DNA of 62,878 nucleotides, filler included, from 6 parts of 6 records of this genome joined end to end with filler, not necessarily neighbours in it; one strand, 5' to 3'; counted from the whole stretch's first letter, positions 40,934-51,816 are shown. The notes: generated by a model from the sequence alone, not told the origin. Numbers and translations: made by a program.

Positions 40934-42745
40934 ATGCAAAAAATTAAAAACATTGCAATAATTGCCCATGTTGATCATGGTAAGACAACACTTGTTGATG
41001 CTATGCTTAAACAAGCCGGGACATTTAGAGCAAATGAACAAGTAGAAGAGAGAGTAATGGATAGTAATGATTTAGAGAGAGAAAGAGGAATTACTATCTT
41101 TTCTAAAAACGCGGCAATCAGTTATGGTGGGTACAAAGTAAATATCGTAGATACTCCGGGACATGCTGATTTCGGTGGAGAAGTACAAAGAATCCTAAAA
41201 ATGGTTGATTCTGTACTTTTATTAGTAGATGCTTTCGAAGGTGCTATGCCTCAGACAAAGTATGTTCTTAAGAAAGCTCTTGAGCACGGATTAAGACCAA
41301 TTGTTGTAATCAATAAAATCGATAGACCTAATGCAAGACCTGAAGAAGTTCTTGATATGGTATTCGATCTATTCGTTGAATTAAATGCTAATGATGCACA
41401 ACTTGAATTCCCTGTAGTATATGCATCTGCAAGAGATGGATATGCAATGAAAGAATTAGAAGATGGTTCTGATAACTTAGTACCGTTATTTGATTCAATT
41501 ATTGAAAATGTAGACGACCCTGAAGGAAATGTTGAGGATCCGTTCCAATTCTTAGTTACTAACATCGCTTATGATAATTATGTAGGTAAAACTGCAACTG
41601 GTAAAATTCATAACGGAAGTGTAAAGCTAGGAGAAGAGGTAGTTTTACTTAAAAGAGACGGCGAAAGACTTCTATATAGAGTATCTAAAATTATCGGATA
41701 TGAAGGACTTAAAACTCAAGATTTAAAAGAAGCATTTTGTGGAGATATCGTAACACTTGCCGGACTTGAAATGGTCGACGTTGGTGAAACTATCGCATGT
41801 AGAGAAAACCCTCTACCATTACCATTAATCGATATTGATGAACCAACACTTGCTATGACATTCATGGTAAACAACTCTCCATTTGCTGGAAGAGAAGGAA
41901 AATTCGTTACTTCTAGACAAGTTAGAGACAGATTACTAAAAGAACTTCAATCTAACGTAAGTATGAGAGTAGAAGAAACTGGTTCTGCTGACTCATTCAT
42001 AGTTAAAGGAAGAGGAGAACTTCAACTTTCTATCCTTATCGAAAATATGAGAAGAGAAGGATATGAGATTCAAGTATCAAAACCTTCTGTTATCATGAAA
42101 GATATCGATGGTCACAGATCAGAGCCTATCGAACTAGCTGTAGTTGACGTAGCTGACGAATATGTTGGTGTAGTTATCGAGAAGTTAGGTGTAAGAAAAG
42201 GTGAAATGATCAATATGACTCAAGGAAGTGACGGTTACACAAGGCTTGAGTTCAAAGTACCTGCTAGAGGACTTATCGGATTCAGAAATGAATTCTTAAC
42301 AGATACAAAAGGTACAGGAGTTATTAATCACTCATTCTACGAATATGAGTTCTACAAAGGTCCTATCCCTTCAAGAACTAGAGGAGTTTTAGTAGCAATC
42401 GAAGATGGTGTTACTATTGCATACGGACTTCATAACTTAAAAGATAGAGGAACTATGTTCTTACCAGCTGGTATTGACGTTTACGAAGGTATGGTTATCG
42501 GAGAACATACAAGAGAAAACGACTTAGTTGTAAATCCATGTAAAGGTAAAAAACTTACTAACATGAGATCATCTGGTTCAGATGAAAGTACTAAAATGCA
42601 GCCACCTAGATTATTCTCATTAGAGCAGGCATTAGAGTATATCGCAGATGATGAACTTCTAGAGATCACACCTGAAAGTATTAGAATGAGAAAGAAAGTT
42701 CTAAATGCTAACATGAGAAAAAGAAACAGAAATGATTCTTTATAA
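40934..42745 (+). CDS. typA: Translational GTPase TypA/BipA
   Basis: [43 protein letters not shown]. Confidence 0.97.
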   Translation: MQKIKNIAIIAHVDHGKTTLVDAMLKQAGTFRANEQVEERVMDSNDLERERGITIFSKNAAISYGGYKVNIVDTPGHADFGGEVQRILKMVDSVLLLVDAFEGAMPQTKYVLKKALEHGLRPIVVINKIDRPNARPEEVLDMVFDLFVELNANDAQLEFPVVYASARDGYAMKELEDGSDNLVPLFDSIIENVDDPEGNVEDPFQFLVTNIAYDNYVGKTATGKIHNGSVKLGEEVVLLKRDGERLLYRVSKIIGYEGLKTQDLKEAFCGDIVTLAGLEMVDVGETIACRENPLPLPLIDIDEPTLAMTFMVNNSPFAGREGKFVTSRQVRDRLLKELQSNVSMRVEETGSADSFIVKGRGELQLSILIENMRREGYEIQVSKPSVIMKDIDGHRSEPIELAVVDVADEYVGVVIEKLGVRKGEMINMTQGSDGYTRLEFKVPARGLIGFRNEFLTDTKGTGVINHSFYEYEFYKGPIPSRTRGVLVAIEDGVTIAYGLHNLKDRGTMFLPAGIDVYEGMVIGEHTRENDLVVNPCKGKKLTNMRSSGSDESTKMQPPRLFSLEQALEYIADDELLEITPESIRMRKKVLNANMRKRNRNDSL

Positions 42746-42757
42746 TTAACTATTTAT

Positions 42758-42789
42758 GACCAAGAAGTTTAATCTTCTTGGTCTTTTTT
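42758..42789 (+). terminator. Intrinsic terminator of typA
   Basis: GACCAAGAAG-N6-CTTCTTGGTC-TTTTTT. Confidence 0.85.
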
Positions 42790-42849
42790 ATTTTTTTTGT
42801 TAAAATTATAGTGAAATATAAATCAAGAACATTATAGAGGAGCTAAAAA

Positions 42850-43608
42850 ATGAAAACAGTTCTTATAACAGGTGCATCCAGCGGGATAGGTGAAGAGTTT
42901 GCAAAAGTTTATGCTAAAAACGGTTACAATTTAATTATCGTTGCAAGAAGGGAAAAAAGATTAATTGAGCTCAAAAATTCTCTTGGAGAAAAATATAAAG
43001 TGAAAGTGAAATATATAGTAAAAGACCTCTCTAAACAGGAAAGTGCACAAGAGCTTTATGAGGATTTAAAGGATAAAAATATAGATACTCTTATCAATAA
43101 TGCAGGCTTTGGAACATTCGGGAGTTTTAGCGATATTAACTATGATAAAGAAGTTAATATGATCAACCTGAATATTCTTACACTTACTAATTTAACAAGG
43201 TTATTCCTGATTGATATGAAGAACAGAAATAGCGGAAAAGTCGTTAATATTGCCTCTACTGCTGCATTCCAACCCGTACCTCATATGGCTTCATACGCTG
43301 CAACAAAAGCTTATGTTCTGCATCTCAGCATCGCTCTGAACGCAGAATTAAAAGATACTAATGTTAAAGTTTTCTCCGTTTGTCCGGGAGCTACCAAGTC
43401 AGAGTTCCAAGAAGCTGCCGAGATGGGTGAGCCTAGTTTCTTCAGAGGAAAACTCCCCAGCGCAGAAGATGTTGCAGTATATTCATATAAAAAAATAAAT
43501 AAAAATCAAACTTTAATCGTTCATGGTCTTTATAATAAATTCCTGATATTTATAGAAAGATTTCTCACTAAAAAAACTATTTCTGAAATCATCAGGAAAA
43601 CAATATAA
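42850..43608 (+). CDS. Short-chain dehydrogenase/reductase
   Basis: TGASSGIG, NNAG, YAATK. Confidence 0.93.
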   Translation: MKTVLITGASSGIGEEFAKVYAKNGYNLIIVARREKRLIELKNSLGEKYKVKVKYIVKDLSKQESAQELYEDLKDKNIDTLINNAGFGTFGSFSDINYDKEVNMINLNILTLTNLTRLFLIDMKNRNSGKVVNIASTAAFQPVPHMASYAATKAYVLHLSIALNAELKDTNVKVFSVCPGATKSEFQEAAEMGEPSFFRGKLPSAEDVAVYSYKKINKNQTLIVHGLYNKFLIFIERFLTKKTISEIIRKTI

Positions 43609-43611
43609 AAA

Positions 43612-44946
43612 AAGCCTTCGGCGAAAAGCTGGAGGCTTGATACTTTTATGATATAATATTCATTATGGATATTCTTAAATCTCTTTTTTCAAATAAAAAT
43701 ACTTCAAAGCTATTTCCTATCATTGAAGATAGACTGTTTCCTGAACACGTTCAATATATTAGAGAAAGCATTAAATCTTTTAAAACATGTAAGACTTTTG
43801 AGGCTGGATTTGCTAAAGTTCAATGCCCTACTTGTCTACACCTTCATAAAATTCCATTTGCATGTAAATTTAGATTTTGTCCTGTTTGCGGTAAAAATTA
43901 TGCTGCTCTTTGGGCTGAATCTATCAACAAACAACTTCTTAATGTTTCTCATAGAATTGGTTTCTTTTCTATTGCTGAAAGTATTAGATGTTATTTCTTT
44001 AAAAACCGTTCTCTTCTTACTCTCGTTTGTAACGAAATCAACTCTATTTTTAAGAAAATTTTTAGTAAGCATAAAATTAAATACTTTGGACTAATTCTTT
44101 CCATTCATACTTTTGGAAGAGATATTAACTTCAATCCACATATTCATTTTATTCTTACTGAAGGTGGTTTCACTGAAGACTTTCAATGGAAAAAGCTTTC
44201 ATATTTTCATTATGAATTACTTCGTAAAGCATGGCAAAAACTTGTTTTAGATACTCTTCAAAAACATTTTCCAAATGATGATAAATTTAAAAAAAGAAAA
44301 AATGAATGCTATAACTCTAAAGAAAACAAAGGATTCTTTATTGCTATGGAGAAAAAACTCAACAACTCTCTTACTGCTCTTAAATATATCGCTAGATATC
44401 TTGCTAGACCTGCTATTACTGAATATAGAATTATCTCGCATAATGATAATGAAGTTTCGTTTTGGTATGAGCATGTTGAAACTAAAGAAAGAAAAGAGGT
44501 CACTCTTCCTACTACTAAATTTTTAGGGCGTCTCGTTTCTCACATTCCACCTAAAAACTTTAAAATGATTAGAAGATTTGGGATATATGCTAGAAGAAAA
44601 AAGAGTGAGCTTAAAAAAGCAATCAAATTGAAGAAAAACCATAGATTATACTCTTTAAAAAGATTAAATTATCGTGACTACATAATTAAAGTAATGGGAA
44701 TTGATATTTTAGAATGCCCTGTTTGTGGAGATGAAATGAAACTTACTCACATAAAATGGAAGGGTAAAGAGTATTCATTTAAAACCTAACAATAGAAATC
44801 AATAATTTTTTTTAGCCTCGTTAACACGAGGCATTTTGTGATGACTGATTATTTTAAATCAAACAATTTTATAATTTTCTTAAAGTTAAACTAAAACAAT
44901 TTCTTAGAATTCCTTCGGAATTCAAATCTATACTTTCCCAATACAT
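43612..44946 (+). mobile_element. IS91-family insertion sequence (ends approximate)
   Basis: Rolling-circle transposase flanked by hairpins at 43612-43638, 44815-44832 and 44907-44923. Confidence 0.7.
43665..44789 (+). CDS. IS91 family (Y2/HUH) transposase
   Basis: Zn domain CPTC..CKFRFCPVCG; HTFG..NPHIH; YIARY; IRRFG; C-terminal CPVCG. Confidence 0.92.
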   Translation: MDILKSLFSNKNTSKLFPIIEDRLFPEHVQYIRESIKSFKTCKTFEAGFAKVQCPTCLHLHKIPFACKFRFCPVCGKNYAALWAESINKQLLNVSHRIGFFSIAESIRCYFFKNRSLLTLVCNEINSIFKKIFSKHKIKYFGLILSIHTFGRDINFNPHIHFILTEGGFTEDFQWKKLSYFHYELLRKAWQKLVLDTLQKHFPNDDKFKKRKNECYNSKENKGFFIAMEKKLNNSLTALKYIARYLARPAITEYRIISHNDNEVSFWYEHVETKERKEVTLPTTKFLGRLVSHIPPKNFKMIRRFGIYARRKKSELKKAIKLKKNHRLYSLKRLNYRDYIIKVMGIDILECPVCGDEMKLTHIKWKGKEYSFKT

Positions 44947-44967
44947 AAAAAAGGGCTTCGCCTACAA

Positions 44968-45067
44968 NNNNNNNNNNNNNNNNNNNNNNNNNNNNNNNNN
45001 NNNNNNNNNNNTTAATTAATTAANNNNNNNNNNNNNNNNNNNNNNNNNNNNNNNNNNNNNNNNNNNN
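44968..45067. other. Artificial contig linker
   Basis: N44-TTAATTAATTAA-N44. Confidence 0.99.
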
Positions 45068-45172
<105 letters not shown>

Positions 45173-45340
45173 TTAGGCTGCAAAAGTAGAAAAAGAAACG
45201 CTTAATGGAAAGTATCTCATTTTTCATCTAATAACTTAAATCGAATACTTATTAAAAATTAAAAATCTTGAATTCATTTATTAATTTTTGTGGTGCTCCT
45301 TTTAGCGTAATTGGCTGATTGTAGGGTGAATTTACAATTT

Positions 45341-45357
45341 TGTGATAATTCTGTGAT
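45341..45357 (+). promoter_or_regulatory. Putative OmpR-family binding direct repeat
   Basis: TGTGAT-N5-TGTGAT upstream of the response regulator. Confidence 0.6.
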
Positions 45358-45400
45358 AAACACAAACTACCTTTCGCCTGTTTCAATTCAAAAATGATTT

Positions 45401-46096
45401 ATGGAAAAAGCACTTATAATTGAAGACGACAAAGATATTTCTGAACTTATTTCAATTCACCTCTCTGATATGGACCTTGAAGTCGATAAGTCGTTTGATG
45501 GAAAAGATGGCCTGATGAAAGCATTAAACAATCATTACCGGTTTATTCTTCTCGATATCAGACTGCCATCAATGGATGGATTCGAAATCTGCAAACGCCT
45601 TCGGATGGAAAAGATAAGCACGCCTATTTTGATGTTAACTTCAAAATCGGAAGAAATCGATAAAGTTTTAGGTTTGGAAATGGGTGCTGATGATTATATT
45701 TCAAAACCTTTTGGAATAAGAGAACTTTTGGCAAGAATTAAAGCCGTTTTGCGACGCTATGATTCAGGCATGAAAGTGAAAGAAGAGGATGAGAAGGAAT
45801 TGCGTTTTGATAAATTATACATCAATGTTGGAATGCGGATTGTGGAAATTGATGGGAAAAGGATTGAGCTTTCTCCAAAAGAATTTGATTTATTGGTTCA
45901 TTTAGCTTCTAATCCTGGTAAAACTTACTCACGAATGCATCTTCTAAATCAAGTTTGGGGATATGAATTTGAAGGATTTGAACATACTGTAAATTCACAC
46001 ATTAATCGGTTACGTTCAAAAATTGAGAAAAACATGAGTGAACCCAATTATATTTTAACAACCTGGGGTGTAGGATATAAATTCAGGGAAAATTAA
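45401..46096 (+). CDS. OmpR/PhoB family response regulator
   Basis: IIEDD, LLDIRLP, GADDYISKPF, TTWGVGY. Confidence 0.95.
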   Translation: MEKALIIEDDKDISELISIHLSDMDLEVDKSFDGKDGLMKALNNHYRFILLDIRLPSMDGFEICKRLRMEKISTPILMLTSKSEEIDKVLGLEMGADDYISKPFGIRELLARIKAVLRRYDSGMKVKEEDEKELRFDKLYINVGMRIVEIDGKRIELSPKEFDLLVHLASNPGKTYSRMHLLNQVWGYEFEGFEHTVNSHINRLRSKIEKNMSEPNYILTTWGVGYKFREN

Positions 46097-46110
46097 TTAA
46101 AAATGAAATC

Positions 46111-47583
46111 ATGATTAATTCTAAAATTTTTAACCGATTGTATCTGCAGGTGTCTGCGATTTTCCTTTTGGTTCTTTTTATGTTTACAGCAATAGCTTTG
46201 TATATTTCTGTTCAGTCGTCGGCAAAATACTCAGTTGAGGTAAATCAAAGGCTTAACCGAAGCCTTGCTACCAGTACTGTGGAGGTAATAAAGCCGCTTA
46301 TGAAAGACAGCATAACCAGCGATGCGGCAATTGCAGATTTAATGCACTCGATGATGGTTATTAATCCGATAGTTGAAGTTTATTTACTCGATACACAAGG
46401 AAAAATACTTAAATATGTGGCCCCCTATAAAGTTGTAAAATTGGAACGGGTAAATCTTGAACCTATTAAGAAATTTTTGGGTGATCCGGAGCAAGGAATA
46501 ATTTACGGCGATGATCCCAGAAATCCAGGTGAATTTAAAATATTTTCGGCTGCTACAATAATGGATGAAGACAGGTTGCAAGGGTACATTTATATTGTAT
46601 TGGCCAGTCAGGAATATATATCCGCAGCACAAACGGTAATTGGTAGTTATATTCTTGGATTGTCAATCCGTTCAGTAATTATAATTCTTATCATTTCTGC
46701 ACTTGTAGGATTGCTGGCAATTTGGTTCATTACTAAAAAACTGAATCCAATAATTGAAGGAATACAGCAATTTAGAAAAGGAAATTTAACAGCGCGTATT
46801 TCTGTGAAAAATGAAGGTGAACTAGATCGTATTGGGTTGGTATTTAATCAGATGGCTGATACAATTGAGAAAAACATTCAAGAATTGAAAGGAGTTGATA
46901 ATTTGCGCAGAGAGTTGATAAGCAACGTATCTCATGATTTACGAACTCCGGTTGCATCTATTCAGGGATATGCCGAAACTTTGATACTTAAAAAGGAAAA
47001 TATCTCAAAAGCCGATCAACAGAAATACCACGAAATTATTTATAAAAGTTGCAGCCGTTTGAAAAAACTGGTTGAAGAACTTTTTGAATTGTCGAAATTA
47101 GAGGCCAATCAAATTATACCAAATCCGGAGCCTTTCTCAATTGCCGAATTGGTGTACGACACGGTGAATAAATATAGAATACTTTCTCAGAAAAAAGGAA
47201 TTAGTGTAAATACGCTGGTTGCTAAAAATGTCCCGCTGGTAGAAGCCGATATTTCTTTAATCAGCAGGGTCCTTCAGAATTTAATTGATAACGCATTGAA
47301 ATTTTGTAATGAAGGAGATAGTATAAATATTGAAATAGATACGCAGATTCCTGAAAAAGTAGTGGTAAAGGTTATCGATTCGGGGCAGGGAATAAAAACA
47401 GAAGATTTGCCAAAAGTATTCCAACGTTATTATAAAGGAACCCCCGATGTTAACAGTACAGGTTTGGGATTGGCTATTGTTCAGAAGATTATTGAATTAC
47501 ATAATTCCAGTGTTCAGGTGTACAGCCAGTATGGGAAAGGAGCTACATTTATTTTTGACTTACCGAAAGCCAACATTGCCTAA
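46111..47583 (+). CDS. HAMP-domain sensor histidine kinase
   Basis: Two TM helices, HAMP, SHDLRTP, NLIDNA, DSGQG, GLGLAI. Confidence 0.95.
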   Translation: MINSKIFNRLYLQVSAIFLLVLFMFTAIALYISVQSSAKYSVEVNQRLNRSLATSTVEVIKPLMKDSITSDAAIADLMHSMMVINPIVEVYLLDTQGKILKYVAPYKVVKLERVNLEPIKKFLGDPEQGIIYGDDPRNPGEFKIFSAATIMDEDRLQGYIYIVLASQEYISAAQTVIGSYILGLSIRSVIIILIISALVGLLAIWFITKKLNPIIEGIQQFRKGNLTARISVKNEGELDRIGLVFNQMADTIEKNIQELKGVDNLRRELISNVSHDLRTPVASIQGYAETLILKKENISKADQQKYHEIIYKSCSRLKKLVEELFELSKLEANQIIPNPEPFSIAELVYDTVNKYRILSQKKGISVNTLVAKNVPLVEADISLISRVLQNLIDNALKFCNEGDSINIEIDTQIPEKVVVKVIDSGQGIKTEDLPKVFQRYYKGTPDVNSTGLGLAIVQKIIELHNSSVQVYSQYGKGATFIFDLPKANIA

Positions 47584-47608
47584 AAAATTTATAAAAGCTT
47601 TAGATTCT

Positions 47609-47625
47609 TGTGATTTTCTTGTGAT
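47609..47625 (+). promoter_or_regulatory. Putative OmpR-family binding direct repeat
   Basis: TGTGAT-N5-TGTGAT upstream of the spondin gene. Confidence 0.6.
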
Positions 47626-47673
47626 ACTTTCTAATGACTTTTGAATTAGTTTATTCATTAAAATTTTATTGCT

Positions 47674-48984
47674 ATGAAAGTATTACGTTTATTCATGAGT
47701 ATGACACTGGTAGTTTTGGTTTTTACGCAGTGCAAGGAAGATGAAATGTCTGATTCGGATTTAAAAGCAGGAAAAGCACCAAACGGACAATTTACCGTTT
47801 CCATTGAAAATGTTTCAAACGAGATTTATGATTATTATGAATCGGGAGTTTTTAATACACCTGATGGTGCGAGTGAGCCCGGTCCGTTACTTCCGGGCAG
47901 TTCCTATTCTTTTTCATTTCATGCAGCAGAAGGGTATAAGTTGTCTTTCGCTACAATGTTTGTAAAATCGAACGATTTATTTTACGGCCCATCCGATATG
48001 GGACTGGAGCTTTTTGTGGGAGGTAATCCGGTTACCGGAGATATTACCAATATGGTTTATTTATGGGATGCCGGAACCGAAATTAACGAAATGCCTGGTA
48101 CCGGTCCCAATCAGCCTATTAATGGTGGCCCCGGAGTGGGAAATGATGAGGGCGGAAATGTAATGATGGTAAACGATGGATATATTTATCCTGATATTGA
48201 TACAACAATTAATGTAATGCTGGATTTTGACGGAGCAAGTAAATTTACAGTAACCATTATGAATTTTGAAAATAGTTTTACGCCATTAGCACCTGGGGTG
48301 TGGACGGTAGGAACATCGCCAAATGCCCTCTATGAAAAGGGAATGCCAGATTTTGGCTATGGATTGGAAGCGCTTGCCGAGGATGGTGCTGCAGGGGATT
48401 TAGGAATGTATGTTAAAAGTAAAACAGGATTTTTTTCACCAATGGCACCAGGTGTTTGGGTGGTTCATAAACAAGGAAAAAAACCGATATTTCAAGAGGG
48501 TAAAGAAGATGATGGAATGGGATTGGAAGAACTTGCCGAAGATGGTGACCCTTCAGTATTAGATGCCTTTCTTCAGGCTGGAAGTTATATGAGTGGAGTC
48601 TTTAATACTCCTGATGGTGAAGCAGGCCCGGGACCACTTTTGCCAGGGCAGTCATATAGCTTTTCGTTCGATGCTATGGTTGGAGATTATCTGACCTTTG
48701 CAACGATGCTTGTTCCTACAAATGATTTATTTTTTGCTCCTGAGAATAAAGGGATTCAGTTATTTACCGGACAAATTGCCACCGAAGGCGATATTACTTC
48801 AATGATTCAGCTTTGGGATGCCGGTACTGAAATGAATGAAGCCCCGTTTATCGGTTCAAATCAACCCCTAAATGGAGGACCGGATACCGGTATTGATGAA
48901 AATGGCGTTGTGCAACCGGTGAATGATAATTTTATGTATCCAAATGTTGATGAATTAATAAAAGTAACTATCTGGAAAAATTAA
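47674..48984 (+). CDS. Spondin_N domain lipoprotein (duplicated)
   Basis: FTQC lipobox; 2x NDLF..WDAGTE, 2x APGVW..LAEDG. Confidence 0.88.
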   Translation: MKVLRLFMSMTLVVLVFTQCKEDEMSDSDLKAGKAPNGQFTVSIENVSNEIYDYYESGVFNTPDGASEPGPLLPGSSYSFSFHAAEGYKLSFATMFVKSNDLFYGPSDMGLELFVGGNPVTGDITNMVYLWDAGTEINEMPGTGPNQPINGGPGVGNDEGGNVMMVNDGYIYPDIDTTINVMLDFDGASKFTVTIMNFENSFTPLAPGVWTVGTSPNALYEKGMPDFGYGLEALAEDGAAGDLGMYVKSKTGFFSPMAPGVWVVHKQGKKPIFQEGKEDDGMGLEELAEDGDPSVLDAFLQAGSYMSGVFNTPDGEAGPGPLLPGQSYSFSFDAMVGDYLTFATMLVPTNDLFFAPENKGIQLFTGQIATEGDITSMIQLWDAGTEMNEAPFIGSNQPLNGGPDTGIDENGVVQPVNDNFMYPNVDELIKVTIWKN

Positions 48985-49002
48985 ATAGGATAAAAACAAT
49001 AA

Positions 49003-49043
49003 AAGAAATCCATCAGCTAAAATATATGCTGATGGATTTTTTG
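49003..49043. terminator. Bidirectional terminator
   Basis: AAATCCATCAGC-N10-GCTGATGGATTT-TTT. Confidence 0.8.
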
Positions 49044-49050
49044 TTATGAT

Positions 49051-49581
49051 TTATTCTTTTTTCTTTAACCGATTGGCTCCAAAACAAGCCATTTCGCGTC
49101 CTGGAAAACCAACATCAAAAAGCGTTTCAATTTCGTTTTTATTTTTTATGATGATTGTAAAGCGTGCGGTTCCACCCGGTACAAAGTTTTCAATAAATTC
49201 AGATTCAAAAATTAAGGAATTTTCTGTTGAAAGAGAATCATTTAAAATATACTGATTGAAATAACCTTCGTTATGAAACTGCCTGAAAATATATAATTTT
49301 CGTTCGCTATCGAAACTAATCATTCCCCAGTCGTTGTGAATTTCTCCTTTGGGATTTTGTTCAGTTGGAGCAAACTCTGAATGATTTTTTACTTCTATAA
49401 AATTATCATTTAAGGTCAGGTTGAATTCAGAATGAATGACTGACTTTTAAGAACTGAATCCTGTTCCTGAACCTTCTCCGTCTCCAAAAAGGAAATGGAA
49501 TTTATTCATTGGATTTTCCTGTGTACATAAATTAAACGATAGGAGAATTACGGATAAGAAAGTGTAAATGTCAGATTTCAT
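49051..49581 (-). pseudogene. Exported beta-barrel (FABP/DUF1794-like) gene interrupted by an in-frame TAA
   Basis: MKSD...GTGFSS*KSVIHSEF...GEIHNDWGMISFD..RQFHNEGY continues in the same frame after TAA 49447-49449. Confidence 0.7.
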
Positions 49582-49600
49582 AAAAATATTTGGAATGTTT

Positions 49601-50482
49601 TTATTTAACTTCACCAAAAGGAATTGTAAACCCCAGCCAGGGGACAGCGATAAATTCTCCAATGTCGGCAATGGGAATAACCAGCCCAAAATCGAGTGCG
49701 GCTTTTTTTATAATCCACCGGCCACCCAGTGTCATTATCAAAGCACTTTCTTCGGCACCGCTTACGTAATAATTCTCGGTTATAAAATATCCGCGGCTTC
49801 CAAGTCTGAACATTCCATTGATATTAATAAGTGGCGACGATGCCCATTCTCCACCGGCAAATCCATAACCCAGGCCTAAACTTACATTATTGTCGGGGCT
49901 GCCAAATGTTGAAAGACCGTAAAGAATTCCAAAACCGGTTTCCGATTCACCCAAAACAGTACCTAAAAGTAATCCACCTCCAATGTTGAATTTATCTTTT
50001 TCTATGGGAATAGAAATTTTTGGAGTCAGGAAAACAGGTGTTGGCCCACCGGCAAATAAAAACAGTGGAATTATTCCACCACCCAAAGAAATATTGTCGG
50101 ATACACCATATGAGAATTGGTTCCAAAGCACCCAGATATTTTGGTAATATCCTTCTCCTTTTTTTAATCCGTATGCATTTGGCGACCAAAAATAGCGGGT
50201 CGACTGTGGATTGGGAAACCATATTTTACCATCTTTAATTTGTTGAATAGCAATGTTACTTTGCGATTTGATGTCAGATTTTGAAATGCTGATTTCACCA
50301 AGATTATTGGTTTTTAAATAAATCTTTAGCGAATCCTGATTAACAATCTCTCCTGTAAACTCATTGCCGTCAATAGTTTCGATTCTGACAAGTGATGTGT
50401 CGCCCGAGGTTTGAGCAAATGTTTGAGGAAAAGAAAAAAGTAAGAATAGAAAAGGGATAACCGTGATTTTTAAGATTTTCAT
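49601..50482 (-). CDS. Hypothetical exported/outer-membrane protein
   Basis: Signal peptide; Gly/aromatic-rich strands (PNAYGLKKGEGYYQN). Confidence 0.75.
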   Translation of the reverse strand: MKILKITVIPFLFLLFSFPQTFAQTSGDTSLVRIETIDGNEFTGEIVNQDSLKIYLKTNNLGEISISKSDIKSQSNIAIQQIKDGKIWFPNPQSTRYFWSPNAYGLKKGEGYYQNIWVLWNQFSYGVSDNISLGGGIIPLFLFAGGPTPVFLTPKISIPIEKDKFNIGGGLLLGTVLGESETGFGILYGLSTFGSPDNNVSLGLGYGFAGGEWASSPLININGMFRLGSRGYFITENYYVSGAEESALIMTLGGRWIIKKAALDFGLVIPIADIGEFIAVPWLGFTIPFGEVK

Positions 50483-50576
50483 AATTCCTGATTTTAGTTC
50501 AACAAACGCTAAATATAATAGAAGTTATGAATTATTTTTTTGAAATCAATGTTTACCCTTGATTAGTCAAAAAGCA

Positions 50577-51815
50577 TTATCGCTTTTTATGGCGCGGATT
50601 ACTGAATTTTTTACCGTGGTGTTTCTTTTTAAAACCTCCTTTTCTGTGACCTTTTGGTTTAGATGGTGTTCGCCATGCAGGGCCTTCTCCAAATTGCTCG
50701 GGCATAGGAATTTTAAAAACTTGACGCTCTATTAATTCTTCGATCCGGTGAAAATAAAACATGTCATCCTCATTCACCAGGGTTAATGCAACTCCGGTAG
50801 AATCGGCACGCGCTGTTCTTCCAACACGGTGAACGTAGTCTTCTGCATCTTGCGGAACGTCGAAATTTATAATCAGGTGAATTTCCTTTATATCAATTCC
50901 GCGGCTTAATACATCGGTCGCAACTAAAATCCGAGTTCTTTTTGAACGGAATCCCAAAAGAACTTCTTCGCGTTTGTCTTGCTCCAAGTCGGAAGAAATT
51001 GCCTCTGCCTGAAATTTGTTTCTTTTTAACGAATTGGCCAGTTCGGTAACTTTTCTTTTGGTTGAACAGAAAATTAAAATGCTGTTATATTCCGGATTTT
51101 CGGAAATAAGATGATTGATTAAACCGATTTTCTGATTGTCGTAACAAAGGTAGGCTGCCTGTAAAACTCCTTCTGCCGGTTTCGAAATGGCAATATTAAT
51201 CTGAGCCGGGTCTGTTAGAATTTTTGAAGCCAGTGCCCTTATTTTAGTAGCCATTGTAGCACTAAACATTAAGGTCTGTCTATCTTTTGGCAGATATGAA
51301 ATAATTTTAACAATATCGTCGTAAAAACCGATGTCAAGCATTCTGTCGGCTTCGTCCAGAATCAGGTATTTAATTGTATCGAATTTTACGTAACCCAGGT
51401 TCAGGTGCGAAATTAATTTGCCGGGTGTGGCAATAACAATGTCGGCACCCTGTGTAAGTGCTCTTTTTTGTTGTCCCCAGTCGTCGCCGTCGCCTCCGCC
51501 ATAAATAGCAATAGAATGTATTCCCATTGTATAACCAATTCCCTGTACTTGTTGATCGATTTGCATGGCCAGTTCTCGGGTAGGGACTATTATTAAAGTA
51601 GTTGTTTCGCCACCGGGTAAATCAACCAGTAAATCGAGGATTGGTAAAAGGAATGCTGCTGTTTTTCCTGTTCCGGTTTGAGCACAGGCAATTAAATCTT
51701 TACCATCTAAAATTTCAGGTATGGCTTGTTCCTGGATGGGAGTAGCTTCTTTGAATCCCATGTATTCAATGGCATCAAGCAGATCGTCGTGTATTCCTAA
51801 TTCGTTAAATTTCAT
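50577..51815 (-). CDS. DEAD-box RNA helicase (RhlE-like)
   Basis: AQTGTGKT, PTRELA, DEAD, SAT, HRVGRTAR. Confidence 0.95.
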   Translation of the reverse strand: MKFNELGIHDDLLDAIEYMGFKEATPIQEQAIPEILDGKDLIACAQTGTGKTAAFLLPILDLLVDLPGGETTTLIIVPTRELAMQIDQQVQGIGYTMGIHSIAIYGGGDGDDWGQQKRALTQGADIVIATPGKLISHLNLGYVKFDTIKYLILDEADRMLDIGFYDDIVKIISYLPKDRQTLMFSATMATKIRALASKILTDPAQINIAISKPAEGVLQAAYLCYDNQKIGLINHLISENPEYNSILIFCSTKRKVTELANSLKRNKFQAEAISSDLEQDKREEVLLGFRSKRTRILVATDVLSRGIDIKEIHLIINFDVPQDAEDYVHRVGRTARADSTGVALTLVNEDDMFYFHRIEELIERQVFKIPMPEQFGEGPAWRTPSKPKGHRKGGFKKKHHGKKFSNPRHKKR

Positions 51816-51816
51816 A

